Shown in pieces: positions 1 to 15,200 of a stretch of 64,000 bases of DNA. The notes beneath the pieces were generated by a model that searched no databases, was not told the origin of the DNA, and saw only the letters and a list, made by a program, of their open reading frames with translations. Position 1 is the stretch's first letter, and every line of letters begins with the position of its first letter. The stretch lies in contig CM069150.1 in NCBI GenBank assembly GCA_035221665.1, forward strand, positions 19,964,001-20,028,000, read 5' to 3'. A program made the translations under genes and the position numbers. Source of the DNA: Okamejei kenojei. Its lineage: Eukaryota.

Positions 1-135
1 ATGCAATCACAGTATGGTGTTTGTAGTGATTTGCTACTATTAAACCACTTGCACATTTTACATGCAATGCTGTTAAAGAAAACAGAATTTTTATGACACA
101 ATTAACTGAATTATAAAGATACAACCAATACTTAC

Positions 136-244
136 AGTTGTTGAGTAAGTCTGTAATATCTAGTTCCAGCGAGGGCATGATTTCTGTGAACATTTTAAAC
201 TGTTTTCCAAACCTTGGCATCTGCACCAGAAGACATGACGGGAT
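136..244 (-). CDS. CYLD-like: CYLD-like coding exon (USP domain)
   Basis: [36 protein letters not shown]; 109 nt; cag/gtaag boundaries. Confidence 0.92.
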
Positions 245-3200
245 CTGAAATTGAAATACCATTGGAAAGTTGGGAGATGCTAGTAACTATTTGATAATAT
301 AACCCCACATTGCCCCAATATTCCCTAATGCCAGCTTCAACACTTAATATCTGCCTAAAATTTTAGATATTGTACACAGCACAGGTTAATTTAATGTATT
401 ACTGTCACATGTACAGAGGTGCAGTGAAAAGCTTTGTTGTGTGCTATTCAGTCAGAAAGACTTCACACGATTACAATTAAGCCATTCACAGTGTACATAT
501 ACGGGATAAAGGGAATAACGTTTAGTGCAAGATAGATGTCCAGTAAAGTCCAATTAAAGATAGTCCAAGGATCTCCAATGAGGTAGATGGTAGTTCGGGA
601 CCGCTCTCTAGTAGGAGAGAGTTGAGTTGATTGTCACGTGTACCGAGGTACAGTGAAAAGCTTTAGTTGCGTGCTATCCAGTCAGCAGAAAGAATACATC
701 ATTACAATCTGATTCAGTTGGAGCTGTTCCCAAACCGTGCTGTGTTGTACTCTGATCACAAGATCGGCGAGACCTTGATCCCCATTTTTATTTCAATTTA
801 CTGGCAGTAAAGTGCAAAATGCAGCATTGGAAAGAAAGGAGGTACTTGAAACTAGCCTAAAATTGAATCCATATTGTCATGAAAAGGGACCTTGATAGTT
901 TGGGCATTACTCAAACTTACACCACCCTGACAACATTATAATGCATTACAACTGAGTGAATTGACAACAATGAAATGCACTACAATTCACCAAGAGAGCC
1001 CATGATGACTTACCTTGTAAATCAAAAGAGTTTGACAAGCCAGGAGCACATTGAGCCCTGAATAACTGAAGGAGCGATTTTATAATAAATACTAATACTA
1101 AATACTAATACTATTGTAGGCTTGGTCATCTTAACTCCAACTTGCAATTCACTTGCAGCCCAAAATACCTAGTGATTACACAACTTCTTTAAGAATTAAT
1201 GGGCAGCACAACGGTCCCAGTGGTAGAGCTGCTGCCTCACAGCACCAGACCAGGGTTCGATCCTGACTCAGGTGCTGTCTGCGTGGAGTTTTCACGTTAT
1301 GCATGGGTTTCCTCCAGGCGCAACATAGTCCTTGTGTTTGTATGTTAATTGGCCCTCTATAATACCGCCCTTATGTGTAGGGAGTGGGTGGGTTAACATA
1401 GAACTAGCGTGAATGGGCGATCAGTGGTCAGTATGAACTCGTTGGGCCGAAGGCACTGTTTCCCTGCAACTTTAGAGTACGAGTGAAAACATTTGAAGCA
1501 GATTGTTCTGAATTTCTTAGTGGGTTTTGAAATGTTAATTGCGAAGCAACTCACTGAACATTAATAAAGTGAAGTATTTAAGAGAAAAGGTTAGTGTTTT
1601 GGAAAAGAGAGAGCAACCAACCTCCTCAAATTTCAAGTCACAGCAGAGGAAGGATCGCTCCAGGAGAAACTGTACCGTTGGCACTTTAACTGTATCATCT
1701 TTATCCAGGATTATCTGATAACAGTTGCTTTCCTGAATTTTCTCACCCGACCTGGTGTGCACATGAAGAATAACACTATTCTTGTGTCCACATCAATAAA
1801 AATCATCATTTACAGCCATCAGTACAGTAACTAGAAACAAACTGTTAATAAAATTAGAAAGGGGTTAGGATTTGAACATAGTTTAGTTTCAGAAATTGTA
1901 TGTATATTGCAAGGGGACCAGTTTTAATTTAGGTTACCAAGGAAACATCAGAAGGAAAGAGAAAAGTGAAGATGTAATGAGTTAATGAAGACACAAGGAA
2001 CTGGTTTACAAAAAGAAAAGGCACAAAGTGCTGGAGTAAATCAGCGGGTCAAGCAGCATCTCTGGGAGGGGGTTGGCTGATAGGCCCCACCTGAATTCCC
2101 ATTATTTTCTTGCGTTCCCCTTCCACCTATATTCTTTCCTCTGGCTTCACATTGTGTTCCTCTTCTAGCTTTATCCTCTATCTCACACCTTTTGTCTCTT
2201 CATCTCTGGCCTTTGCCCTACCATCTACCAAATTGCTCCAGGATTGCCAGTTTATTTGTTCAAATCCGAGACAAAAATCCGTGTTTAAACTTTGTATGGC
2301 ACTGCAAGAGAACTCTAAGGTTAAAATCAGTGTAAAAATTACAAGAACTAAAAATTCTAATTTAATTTTCAGAATTGTCCTCCAAAACAAGTTAATTTGA
2401 TTTCTCATTTTTTTAAATATGTGAACAAACATGGCTCAAGATTAAAACACAATGCTGGAGGATCTCAGTGGGTCAGGCAGCATCTTGGAGATGGACAGAC
2501 AACACTTGTTGAGATGTATCTTCAGAGTGATGGCGTTGAGGAGAGAAAGTTGTTGTCACCTACTGTGTGGAGTTTGTACGTTCTCCCTGTGACCACGTGG
2601 AATTTCTCTGGGTGCTCCAGTTTCCTCCCACACTCGAAAGACACATAGGTTTGTAGGCATCTATAAAATTGTAAAGTGTGTAGGATAGTGCTAGTATGGT
2701 ATGGGGTGATTGCTGGTCGGCGAGGACTCATTGGATTGAAGGGCCTCTTTCTGCGCTGTATCTCAAGTCTAAAGTAAAGTCTACTCTGCCCATCTTCCCA
2801 TCACACTCACTCACCTGTATCCACCTGTCACTTGCCAAGCTTTGCTCCACTACCATCTCTCTTCCCCCTACTCGAATCTGAAGAAGGGTCTCAACCCAAA
2901 GTCACCTGTCCATTCCCTCCACAGATGCTGCCTGACTGGCTGAGTTCCTTCAACAGTTTGTTTTTTTGCTCAAGATTCCAGCATCTGCAGTCGTTTGCAA
3001 TCACCTTGGGTGGAGATGATTTTGGTTTCAAAACTATACAAGGAATCGATTATTTCCTCTCCCTTGCTGCCTCACAGCGCCGGAGACCCAGGTTCGACCC
3101 TGACCTCAGGCTCTGTCTGTACGGAATTTGCTTGTTCTCTCTGTGACCGCGTGGGTTGCATCCCGGTTTCCTCACACATCCCAAAGACGTACAGGGTGTA

Positions 3201-6200
3201 GGTTGATTAGCTTCTGTAAATTGTCCCTAGTGTGCACGGGTTGTCATTGATTGATGTGGACTCTGTGGGCTGAAGGACCTGCTTGCACAGTATCTCTAAA
3301 CAAAGCATGTCAGGGCAATTGGTGAGTCCAGAGGCAAAGATATAAATTAATTAAGATCTTCAGGACATCTAAGCTGACACAGGACGTGAAAGAAATGCCC
3401 TCTTGTAATGAGCATGAGATTTCAACGTTGAAATCAATTTGAAAAAATTAATAACATCTTTAATGTAAACTAAAACTGTTACTATCGAACAAATATTTAC
3501 AAAGATGAAAATCTGGGACAGCTAGTGACAGAAACAACACATTTTCATTACTTTTAATGCATTTTTTTCTTCTACTTTTTCTCTTGACAAAATTAAAGAG
3601 TTTAGAAATTAAAGCTAGAATGGGTGACATTCGCAATGAAGGGCAATTTCAAAAGTATGACAGAGCTTCCAAGTGAAGCATTAAAAACTAGTCCAATTGG
3701 TACCAGAATCAATTCAAGCAGCATCTGTGAGGGTGAAAGGCGTTTGCTGATATCTAGCGGGGAGTCCTGATACAGTGTTTTGACCTGAAACATGAACATA
3801 CACCTTTTGCTTTCACAGATGCTTGACAAGCTAAGTTCTTCCCTCATTGTTTTATGTTCAATCACTTTTAGCTTCTGAGTTGGATTTGTTTAATGGACAT
3901 GAACTGATCAGAAATAAAGTCTATGAAGAAATGTCAATGGCTTAAAAAAACAAAGAAAAGTACCTGATCTTCAGCAGTGGATCAACCGCCAAGACTTCAT
4001 GCAGTAGGACATTGATAAACTCTTCTGGATCTAGAATGCAAATGATCAGAAGTGTTCATGTTCACATGAACCGTGCTATTCACTTTAATTTTAGTTATCT
4101 ATTACAATAGTTCAGGAAGTTAGGCACTGGCAGATTGCAGTGTACATTCATGATAGGTTAGTTACTGCTCTGATTTGAAGACAGGCACTAAACAAATCCA
4201 AAATAATGCTTGGTTTTGTATGCAAAAGTGTGGGCCAGGCTCTCTAATACAAAATATAATTGATGTTAAATGAATTGCAGTTATAAACACAATATCATTC
4301 AGAATTCATTAAAGGAAACCTTATTATATGTTGGGTTATCACTCAAGAGTTTGCTAATAGAATGTTCAGGTCAATACCTGTACTTGGCAATTAAATGTAA
4401 TTTTAAAAATATCCTATTGCAGTTAATGCTAGACACAATCCAGAAAAAAATGTACATCTTAGTACATCGACGAGAAAGCAAAGGGAAAACTTAAAAGGAT
4501 CAAATTTAGACGTATTTTAGAATGCCATAATTCTGAATGCCATAGTTCTGGTGTTGGTCAAACATGCTGGTTCAAGGTAATTGTATTGAACAATAAGGGG
4601 AACAAACCAAACATTAGAGGCCATAGGTTTAATGTGAGAAGGGCAACGTTTAAAGGAGACGTCCAGGACACGTTTTCTACAGAGGGTGGCAAGCGCAGTA
4701 ACCCGCTGCCGTGGGTGGCAGTTGAGGCAGATACTATATCTGCAGCATCTGCAGTTCCTCCCTACTTTCCGTAGACCTCCTTGACCACACTTTGTTCTAG
4801 ATATGAGCATCTGTCCCAATTTCACATTAATGTATTTAGACCAACCTGGTTGCCATTCCTGATTGACGAAAAAAAACAAGGAAACATTGCAATTCAAAAA
4901 TAAGAAGGCCTTAATAATGGCAAAAAAACATACTTAAATTCAGGAAAAACTCTCCCACACCAACAATAAAAACGTGGATTTCAAATATGTCTGAAACGTT
5001 ACACTTAGAAGATGTGAGATTCCTCCTAGCAGGCAAATCAGACCATTTCCAAAAGTTTTGGTCTCCATTTATCGACTTATTACAAGCATAGGGTGCAACA
5101 CAACTCTGAAAATAAATGGTATCAGGACCTGGTGAGGGGTGTGTAAAGATACGAAGGAGGTACATCCCTTTTATCTTAGCTTATTTTACTTTCTCATATT
5201 TTCTGTCTTCTATTTTTTTTTCTTTCTTTTCCTTTGTTTTTCTTTTTTAGTCTATCTTGTGTCTTACGCTTCTACGGGCTCTTCCTGATCACTCTCTCAT
5301 GCACTTACTATCCTATCTAACTCTCTCTATTCTTCTTCTTATTCTTCTTCTTAAAGTATAAAATAAGAAGTGGTACAGGAAATGTATTATGTTATTTTTG
5401 GCTTATATCATTGTGTAATATTATATCATTACTTCTAATAAAGAAAAAAAAAAATTTAAAAAAAAGAAGGCATCAGGAGAATGTTTATACTTAACAAAAA
5501 TAAAATAGTTACCCTTCTCTGCCGAGACAAACGTGTCACATCCTAACAGCTTCCTCAATTTCATCACCTTCTCTGCATTCACAAACCCAGTCCTAGGATC
5601 AAAGTATTTGGTGGTTAACTCTCGGCGTCTTGAATATTTATTTAAATATCCGGACCCTAGATTACAGAGAAAATTACAAAAGTGCAACATTTCAGAACAC
5701 TTCTACACTACACTGAATTTTCTGACAAAGTAAAAAAGTCTGTAAATGACAAAGAATGAGTGGCAGGAAATCTTAATTAAAAAGTGCTGGAGTAACTTAG
5801 CGGGCCAGACAGGACCGACAAAGGGAATGAAAAAGCAACGCTTCTAGTTCGCACCCTTGAAAATGGTCCTGAACCGAAATGTTATCTGAAGGGTCCCAAC
5901 ATGAAACATTGCCCATCCATTCCCTCCACAGATGCTGCCTGGCCCACCGACTTAGCCCAGCACTTTGTTTTACTCAAGATTCCAGCATTTGCGGGTCCTT
6001 GTGCTTCTATAGGAAATTTTATTTCTTAATCGTTCCAACAGCAAATTGATCATTTCACTGAAATGTTATATTCTCTACCAATTAATCTAGTGCCACTAGA
6101 CCACTAGTCAGAAGAAATAGAAGTGTATATAATAAAGTGGCATAAATAAAGGGGTATACAGTAAATCCTCACAATAATGGACCATGTTTGGGGGGGGGGG

Positions 6201-9200
6201 GGGGGGAGAGATGCTGTTCATTATTGCCAATTGTCTGCTATAACCTTGTGAGGGGGGGTTTAAGTTTAACCCAAGCCAGGAGGGAAAAACCCACCGCGGG
6301 GGTGGGTTAAACCAGCGAGATTCTCAGGCCAGGGAGCCATTGAGCCCTCAGCCCCACACGCGGTGCACCAGGGGAGAGCCCAGTATTCACACTGCCTTCT
6401 TGCTGCTCGCTCTCTCCCATCCCGCGAACTGGACCAACCGGAAGCACGCCATGTAATACCAGCTCGATGGGTAACTGCCGGAGGTGGAGAAGGGGTGCAA
6501 TGGGAGCATCGGTCCACTATAACCAAAATCTTCTCTAGAGGGCCGTTATTGCGAGGGTTTACTGTATTTTCAATCATTGGTCCACAATTCGTATCGCCAG
6601 TACAGATGCTCGCCCGAATTTAGAAAACCCAATCTTCCGCTTATGAAAATTATTGATGATTCCAGATCCGGACAAATAACTACATGGAATTAATCCTGCC
6701 CTCAAACAATTTCCACAGTAAGCATTGCAAAGTAGAAATTAAAATCAAAAACTCGGACTAATCTTCTATTTGATCCTACTTTTTAAAATCATTTCTTTAT
6801 TTCAATAGACTTGACCAGCAAACTGAACAGAGAATGTCATTCAATCTTGAATATCACTGCCACATGTTGGCTCTTCATCATCAAAGTGGAACCAAAGAAT
6901 ATTCTTGCCCATAACTTTGAAATATTAAAAAAAAAAGAACAAATCTTAAAATTGTCAGGTGCACGAGGCTCGGTCAGCATGGACAAATTGGGCCGAAGGG
7001 CCTATTTCTGTGCCGTATCGATACTGTGATTCTCACTTACGTTCGCAATGGGTTGACTATATCCTCCCTCAGTATTCGTTGAATTTTCTCATCATGTCCG
7101 CCGGGCTTGTGAAGTATACCATCCAATACTGAACTGAACGTGAACAAACTGAAAAATGAATGAAAAGTAAAACAATAAGGCATAACTCCGCAGAATTCGT
7201 TCTTACCTATGTGGAAATAAATGGGCTGGAAATAGAACATTTTCTATGAATGGCATTCAGCTTCGAGAGAGGAATACTCCATTCACATTTCCAGCTGTGA
7301 TTGCAATTGACCCAAATCTATACTTGCTCCGTGTAAAATATCAATGGAGCTAAAGGTAAAAATCTACCTGCTAAAATGAAGAACACACGAGGGGGGGGGG
7401 GGGCAAACAAACATATCCTCGAAATTATCCCAAATGTACAGGCCCACTTGGGATATCTGATGCATCCTACTCAGCACAGTGGCTGTCTCAGCATAGACAT
7501 CAATGTACATTCAATGAATCTCTTTCCACCCACCTTCACATACTAGCCCGTCAATTATGTTAATGTGGCCAAGTCCATTATATGCCAGCGATCATCTTTG
7601 ACATTAACAAATACTTGGTATATGCATTTTTTCCTTTAAAACACTGCCACACAATAAATGACATAAAAATGAACAAAGTAATTAGAATAACATGTTTTCT
7701 CTTGGGAGCAAATTACTCTCATTCATTTAAATTGGCCGAGTTCACATCAGCTTAGCCTGGGGAAAAAAAAGACCGTGCTGGAGAAACTCAGCGGGTCAGA
7801 CAGCATCTCTGGAAAACATGAATAGGCGATGTTACAGGTCAGGACACTTTCTTCAGACTGATTCAGGATGGGAAGAAGGGTCCCGAAACGTCACCTATCC
7901 ATGTACTCCAGAGATGCTGCCTGGCCCGCTGAGTTACTCCAGTACTGCGAGTCATTTTGTAAACCAGTATTCGCAGTTGTCTTCGTCGACCGTCAACAAT
8001 GGACCATTGTGGGCTCCACCTTTCCTAAGTCATTGGTGCTGGCTCTGTTTTGTTCTCAATTTTCATACCTCTAGTTTCCCTCTAACCTGACCCTCAGACC
8101 GAAGGATCTCAACATGAAATGTCACCTATTCCTTTCCTCCAGAGATGCTGCCTGGCCCGTTGAGTTGCTCCAGCATTTTGTGTCTATCTTCGGTGTAAAC
8201 CAGCAACTGCAGATCCTTTCTACACATTTGCAGTTCCTTCTTTCTCAGCTTTAACCTGACGTTGGCTTGGGCAGATGTATCAACTCAAGAGCTGGGACCT
8301 CTGCAGTAGATCATGTCCAGCGCAACTCAGGCCTGAGCACAGGAGAAGCCAGCAAAAGAGTAGAAAATACCACTGTCAATTTAAACCAATGCTAGCAATG
8401 GAAACTGGGACTTCTGCAGCAGTATATGTTCAAGTCCAGCTTAGTGCTGGCATCAATGCAAGGGTTGTATTCATTATATTGCTCATTAAAATCTGCTGTA
8501 AGTTTTCAAAGGTTCTCCAGTATTTTGTTTCTTATTTGCCACAGAAACCAAATTATACCCAGCATACAGTGCATTATAGCCCTTGATTTTCCTCTCTCTC
8601 CATCCCCTTCCCATCCCAGTTTTCCCACCCGTCTTACTGTCTCCGACTACATTCTATCTCTGTCCCACCCACTCCCCTGACTTCAGTCTGAAGACGAGTC
8701 TCGACCAGAAAAACGCCACCCGTCCCTTCTCTCCAGAGATGCCGCCTGTCCCGCTGAGTTACTCCAGTATTTTGTGTCTAGCACTTTTTAATCTTGAACT
8801 GCCTGTAGTAAATTGTTATGGTATAACTGTCCAACAGCATAGAAAAATGGCACCGCACAACATCAGTGCTTTCACAAGAACAGAGGTGGCACATAACAAC
8901 CAATTCAAATCTAGAAACGGGAGCCAAACCTGAAAATTGTAGAGTCTAGGTAACAAGAATTGTAATGTCCCTGAATCCCTTTCATTCTCCCTTCCATCAA
9001 ATGCTGCACTTCATCCTCACGTACTGGGGGGACATCCTGTTCCATGGTGTGATCATCTGCAATCATTTTCTCTTATAATTGAAACAACCAAAATTAATAG
9101 TTTTAGTTTTCACATATTAATCCAGTAAATTAAATGCAATTTCAAGGCCAAAAGCCTTAACATCATGCAGCACTGAAAAATATCACCAATTTTACCTGGT

Positions 9201-12200
9201 GCATTAATTGGGGTTTTGCACACATTCTTTAGTTCATGTGTGAGAAAACGTGCATCTGGTTTACAGGCTCTAAGCTGTATAAATAATGCTTTATTCCTTT
9301 CACAGACAAAATATCGCCTTTTCTCAAATGTGCCATCAGAGCCAGTTTTCAGCTCATAGTCCTAGAAATGATTTAAAAAGAAACGTTAGCTTCACATTTG
9401 TCCTCCATTGCTCCTCAATAAACTATCTACCCCTGCCTTAAAAATATTCAAAGATATTGCTGCCATTGCCCTTTGAGGAAGAGTGCCAAAGTCTCACTAC
9501 CCTCAGAAAAAGAATTGATCTCATCTTAGTTTAGTTTATTATTGTCCTGGGTACCATGGTACAGTGAAAGGATTTTGTTTGTGTGCTATCCAGCCACAGA
9601 AAAGACAAACGATATATGAATACAATCAATTCCTCCGCAGTGAACAGAGAAATTTCATAAGGTCTCCAATTAGACAGATGGAAGGTCAAGACTGCACTCT
9701 AGCTGATGAGAGGACTGTTCAGTTGCCGGTTAACAGCCGTGAAGAAACTGTTCCTGAATCTGGAGATATGTATTTTCAAAATTCTGAAGCTCCTGCCTGA
9801 TGGTGGGGGGGGGGGGAAGAGAAGAGAGTGAGTGGTCCTTGATTATGGGGTGGTGGACTTGCCGAGGCAGCATAAAGTATAGATGAAATCAATGGAAGAG
9901 TAGCTGTTTTGTGAGATCTGTCTTAAATGGAGGTCCACTTCAGGAGGATCACCTATTCTTAAAGAGATCTCTACTTCTAGATTGTCCAAGAAAAAATGTC
10001 TCCTCGACACCCACCAAGTGAAAACCTGTCACAATCTTATCTGTACACTGTGGATGAATTGATTGTATTCATGTATAGTCTTTGATTTGATTTTATTGTC
10101 ATTCCAACACACAGGGCAATAATAAATTAAACATAAATCCCGGCAGTTACAAGCCTAAAATGTGCAACCTTTCTTTAGAAGTCAACCAATCCACTCCAGG
10201 TATGAGACTGGCAAATCTCTTTAGTTTAGCAAAATTGTGCAGAAACAGGTCCTTCAGCCATCCAAGTCCACACCGACCAGCAATTCCCACACACTTACAT
10301 TATTCTACACACACCAGGAACAATTTACAACTATACCAAGCCAATTCTGTCATGCTTCCATAAGGATTTCACTGACTATACTAACCAATCACCTCAAAAT
10401 ACTTCAGAGCGGCTTCCTCAGATAAAGCACAAAAAGGTCCACTCATTTCCTTTACATAGGAAAAAAAGGAATACAGCAGCCTTAGATGATTGCGGAGATT
10501 TGGTATGTCGACAAATAATCGCTTAAACTTCTATTGGCTATTAATAGAGCCAGGATGTTTAGGCACTAAAAAACTATGAAATAGGCAGGCAAAAAGGCAT
10601 AATAAAATTACAAAAAAGGCACGGAAAAGGCATTCATTGACTAAAAGGCATAAAAAGGCATGCATTTCCACCACCAAAATATGGTTAAAAATGATAATAT
10701 AAAGGTATACTACATTAAATTACCAAAGTTGTCTGGTTGCACATAATCACCATCACTCTTTTCAAATGATCTGGTGTTAAACTCAGACAGAATATGCTTC
10801 AGTTGTGAAAAACATATTTCTACCTCAGCTGAGGTCACTGGTGCATACCCGAAACAAGCTACAGACTCTATATTCATGTCGATATCTTGTGCATTACAAC
10901 TACTTTTGAAAACTTTAGCCGTGTTTTGTATTTCTTCAAGATCTTTGTTTGCTAAAATCGTTCTCTCACATTTCCCTTGTATGTCTTTACCTATGTCAAC
11001 AGGAACTTTACGAATATCGTCAGTTACTTTGTTAAAAACCTGCAAGTTATTCACTAATGTTTCGCCATGTTTCTCATGGGAACTGATGGCTTGTGGGAAG
11101 TTTGCAAAATTGGAAGCAATAAATAGATTTTGGAGTAGACTAAACCAGCGCCCAGCGGCACGAATGAATGAACGGTGGCACCCCCGGATTCGCCCCGGTG
11201 GTGGAAATTTTCTTGTAATTTATACTATGTTAACACGTTAATAATAACATTAATATTAACGTATTAACATAGAAAATGTCATTGTAATCACGGTACAACG
11301 AGAAAATAGCACGACCTGTTAGCAAAACAGCAAAAAAAAGGCTGATTTAGGCAGTCGATCGTGAAAAAGACATTATCCTGGTGAAATCATGAAAAAAGGC
11401 ATGAAAAGGCACATGGCATTTATGGCAAAATCCTGGCTCTAGTTATTAAACTCTTTTGCTAGGGCAGTTCACAACCCTGCGGTATAAATATTGATTACTC
11501 TAATTTCATGTGGCCCTTACATTCCCTACCTCTCCGCCGCTCCCCCACCCTAGTCGTCCTGCTAGTTCCTGCTATGTTTGCATCCATTTATCCCTTCATT
11601 ATCACCTCCTCCACAGCCAACAATGGACCATTGTGAGCTCCCCCTTTCTTTGGTCATCATTGCCGGATCTGGTTTGTTCTGAACTTCTTCATGCCTCTAG
11701 TTTCACGCTCCCCTATTAGTCTGAAGAAGGGACATGACCCAAAATGTCACCTATTCCTTTTCTCCAGAGATGCTGCCTGACCCACTGAGTTACTCCAGCA
11801 TCTTGTGTCTATATTTGATAACACTTGTCAAAAAGCATCTGACATACTTACAAATATTTATCAAATTACTTGCAATCATGCAGGTCTGAAAACAAAGCCA
11901 TTACAAAACTTACCAATTCAATTCCTGCCATCCTTTGCACCATTCGTTCTGGTATACCAATCCATCTAATAACTCCGTAGACAAGATTGTTTCTTAATTG
12001 TACTTCAACCATTGACCCAACCTCAAGAGCGGGATTCTCACATCCCTCAAAAGGTTCAGAGCTGATTTGAGTCAAAGCTTTGGAAATGTGTTTAGAAGAG
12101 TCCTTCCCACGGTCCGGAATTGAAGCAGAGGAGACAAATGACTTTGGAACTTCATTAGATTGTTCCATTCCCATTCTTCTCGAAGATATACTGATAATTT

Positions 12201-15200
12201 GGGATGGTTCTTCGAATAGTTGTGTGCTCCCATTTTTTGCATCTTCTAAAACTGTAAGACAACAAGGTTAAACCACAGATATTTCATATTTATATCACAC
12301 AGATAAAAAATACCTCCGCATGAACAACCTACACCAACATATTCTTGAACTTGTTTGTTTTGTTTGCAAATACACAGGACTAGATGTTAAAAATCCAAGA
12401 TGCCAAATATCAATTTACTCCTGATGGTGATGGGAGCCTTCTGCACTCACCTATGCTCCTCCGATGTTGAGAAAGGCTAGGCAGACACGTCATTGGGGTT
12501 ATCAAGTGGGCACCTACTTTCATCAACGTTTCGCTGATTGAACCACGACGTCTCCAGTAGGCTCAGCGGTGCATTCTGGCGTCCCAGAACCACCCCCCTC
12601 TGCATCTATCTAGACGGTTATTTGGGAGACCAAATGGGGTCTTTCCTCTTCAGCCGGAGCCACTGGCTACTCCGCTCTGCTACCCGTGATGTTTCTTTGA
12701 TGGCCTGGCGTAGGGCTTGTCCGCTGATCCCCAGGTCCTTCATCAGTATTAAAGTAGATGCTGCCACAAATCCTCGACATCCAACTTCTACTGGGCAGAT
12801 CTGAGCTCTCCAGCCCCGCTGTTCGGCCTCTGCTGCAAGCTCTGTATATCGCAGTTTCTTTCTTTCGAAGGCTTCCTGCACAGCATCCTCCCAAGGGACT
12901 GTGAGCTCCACAAAGTACACCATGCGCTGACAGTTCGACCAGAGCACAAGATCAGGTATATATAATTGAACTTGATATTAACTCAGATTCTGAATATGAG
13001 CTTATCTTCCCCTTATCCCAGAAATGATTGGGTTAACATACGAGTATATGATAGCTTTTGGCCTATACTTGCTGGAGTTTGAAAGGATGTGAGAGTATCT
13101 CACCAAAACCTACAAAATAATGGAAGGCCTAGATAGTGGATGTGGAGAGGATGTTTGCAGTAGTGGGAGAGTCCAGGGCCAGAATAAAAGGAAGTACATC
13201 TAGACTGGAGATGAGGAGGACTTTCTTTAGCCAGGGCGGTGCATCTGTGGAATTCATTGCCACAGACAGTGGTGAAGGCCAAATCGTTGGGTGTTTTTAA
13301 TGCAGAGAATGATAGGTTCTTCATTAGTAAAGGTGTCAAAGGTTATGGGGAGAAGGCAGGAGAATGGGATCGAGAGGGAAAAATAGATCAACCATGATCA
13401 AATAACGGAACTGACTCGATGGGCTGAATGGTCTAATTCTACCTTCTGGACTATCTGACATGAGGAAACTTGTATCAAAGGAAAAAACCTCTCACACCAA
13501 CACCACTTCAAAAGCAACCAAAATCCAAACAAAAAATAATGTGGTTGAGAGATGTTTCTCTCATGAAATCGCTGAGCTATCTGCATGCCAATCACAGTGA
13601 GTATTGTCAGACGAAATAAAACACTTGGTACAAATTCCTTGGGGAATGGGTTTTCAAATTGGCCTCCCGAGGCAATCCGAGAAAGCTCAAACCTTTGCTT
13701 TAATAGAAAAAAACCTGCCTGAGTTGGAATACAAGACCTTTTTGATAATTCCAATTACTACTAATAATGTTATCCCAATAAATCAAAAGCAAAAGAAGGA
13801 GACTGATGCTTGGCAAACAAATAGTCACTTCAGATTGCAGAGGTAGCTGTGGTTCATTTTAGTTTTAAGAGAAAAAGCAATTTAAAAACGTTAGGGCAAT
13901 ACTATTTTGATAAAAAGGAGCCAGTATGAAATACTGCCCCTTGCTATTGCTATCTATAATAGATCATCCTCTATAAGTTGCTGAGGCTCTTTGAGGGCCT
14001 GACGTCTATCAGTCTGAAGACAATACTGCCCCGAAACATCACCTGACCATCCCCTCCCCAAATGCTGCCTGACCCGCTGAGTTCCTCCAGCACTTTGTGT
14101 TTTGCTTCACATTTTTCATCTTTGTTTTCTAAAACCCTTCACCGTTTCCACTCCATAATATCCTCCAGCCATCTCAAAATCTCTAACTCTAGCCACCTTA
14201 CTTATCACTAAATTTAATGATACATTTGGCTGTTAAGGGATTATCTCTAGCATTGCTTCAAATTTAGTTTAGTTTATGTTGTCACGTGCACCTAGATACA
14301 GTGAAATGTATGCTGCGGAAAGACGATACGGGATTACAATCAAGTTGTGTACTGTGTGCAGATACATGATAAAGGGAATAGTGTTTAGTACAAGATAAAG
14401 TCCAGTGAAGTCTGAGTAAAGTGAGATAGATTGTAGTTCAGGACTGCTCTCTAGTTGGTGATAGGATGGTTTAATTGTCTGATAACTGATGGGAAGAAAC
14501 TGTCCCTGAATCTGGAAGTGTGCGTTTCCACACCTCTGTACCTCTTGACTGTTGGGAGAGGGGAGAAGAGGGAGTGGCCGGGGTAAGGCTGGTCTGTGAT
14601 TATGCTGGTGTCCTTGCCGAAACAGCGCGAAGTGTAAATGGAGGCAATGGAAGGGAGGTTGCTTTGTGTGATAGTCTGATCAGTGTCAATAATTCCCCAC
14701 AAAATATCCTAAGCAGTTCCCAGGTGTTATGCAAAAAATAAATTGTTGCCAATGAAACATAACAGGCACAGAATACAATGTCAAACCGTTCATGCACAAT
14801 ACATGCACAAAATAAGCAGGCTTGAAACTACCATTGTACAATTAAATTTCTTACCGAATGGTTCTACTTCAGTGTTGCTGACCTGAATGATTTCTCCTGC
14901 ATTAACCTTCATGCATGGATCACCTTTCTTCCGACTTGGTCTATTGTCTTCCTACATTGAAAGTGGGGTGAGTAAGGTGGAGAGAATAGAGAAAAACATT
15001 TTGAGACAACATGCAAGTCACTGAAGCTTTAACAAGGAGAGCTCTACATAGTTTCTTCCAAGTATTACTTGCAAAATCTGAAGCAAATTAGTAAAGACAA
15101 CTTTCTCAACAAGTCAGGAAGCATCCATGCAAAGAAATAAGACAAGTCGATGTACTGCTGAAAGATCATTAACCTGAAACATGAAATTATTTTCTTCTGA

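Noticed and set aside
13398-13846. Possible extra CYLD-like exon in overlapping ORFs
   Set aside because: No similarity to CYLD CAP-Gly2 or linker sequence, and the flanking exons already join in frame.
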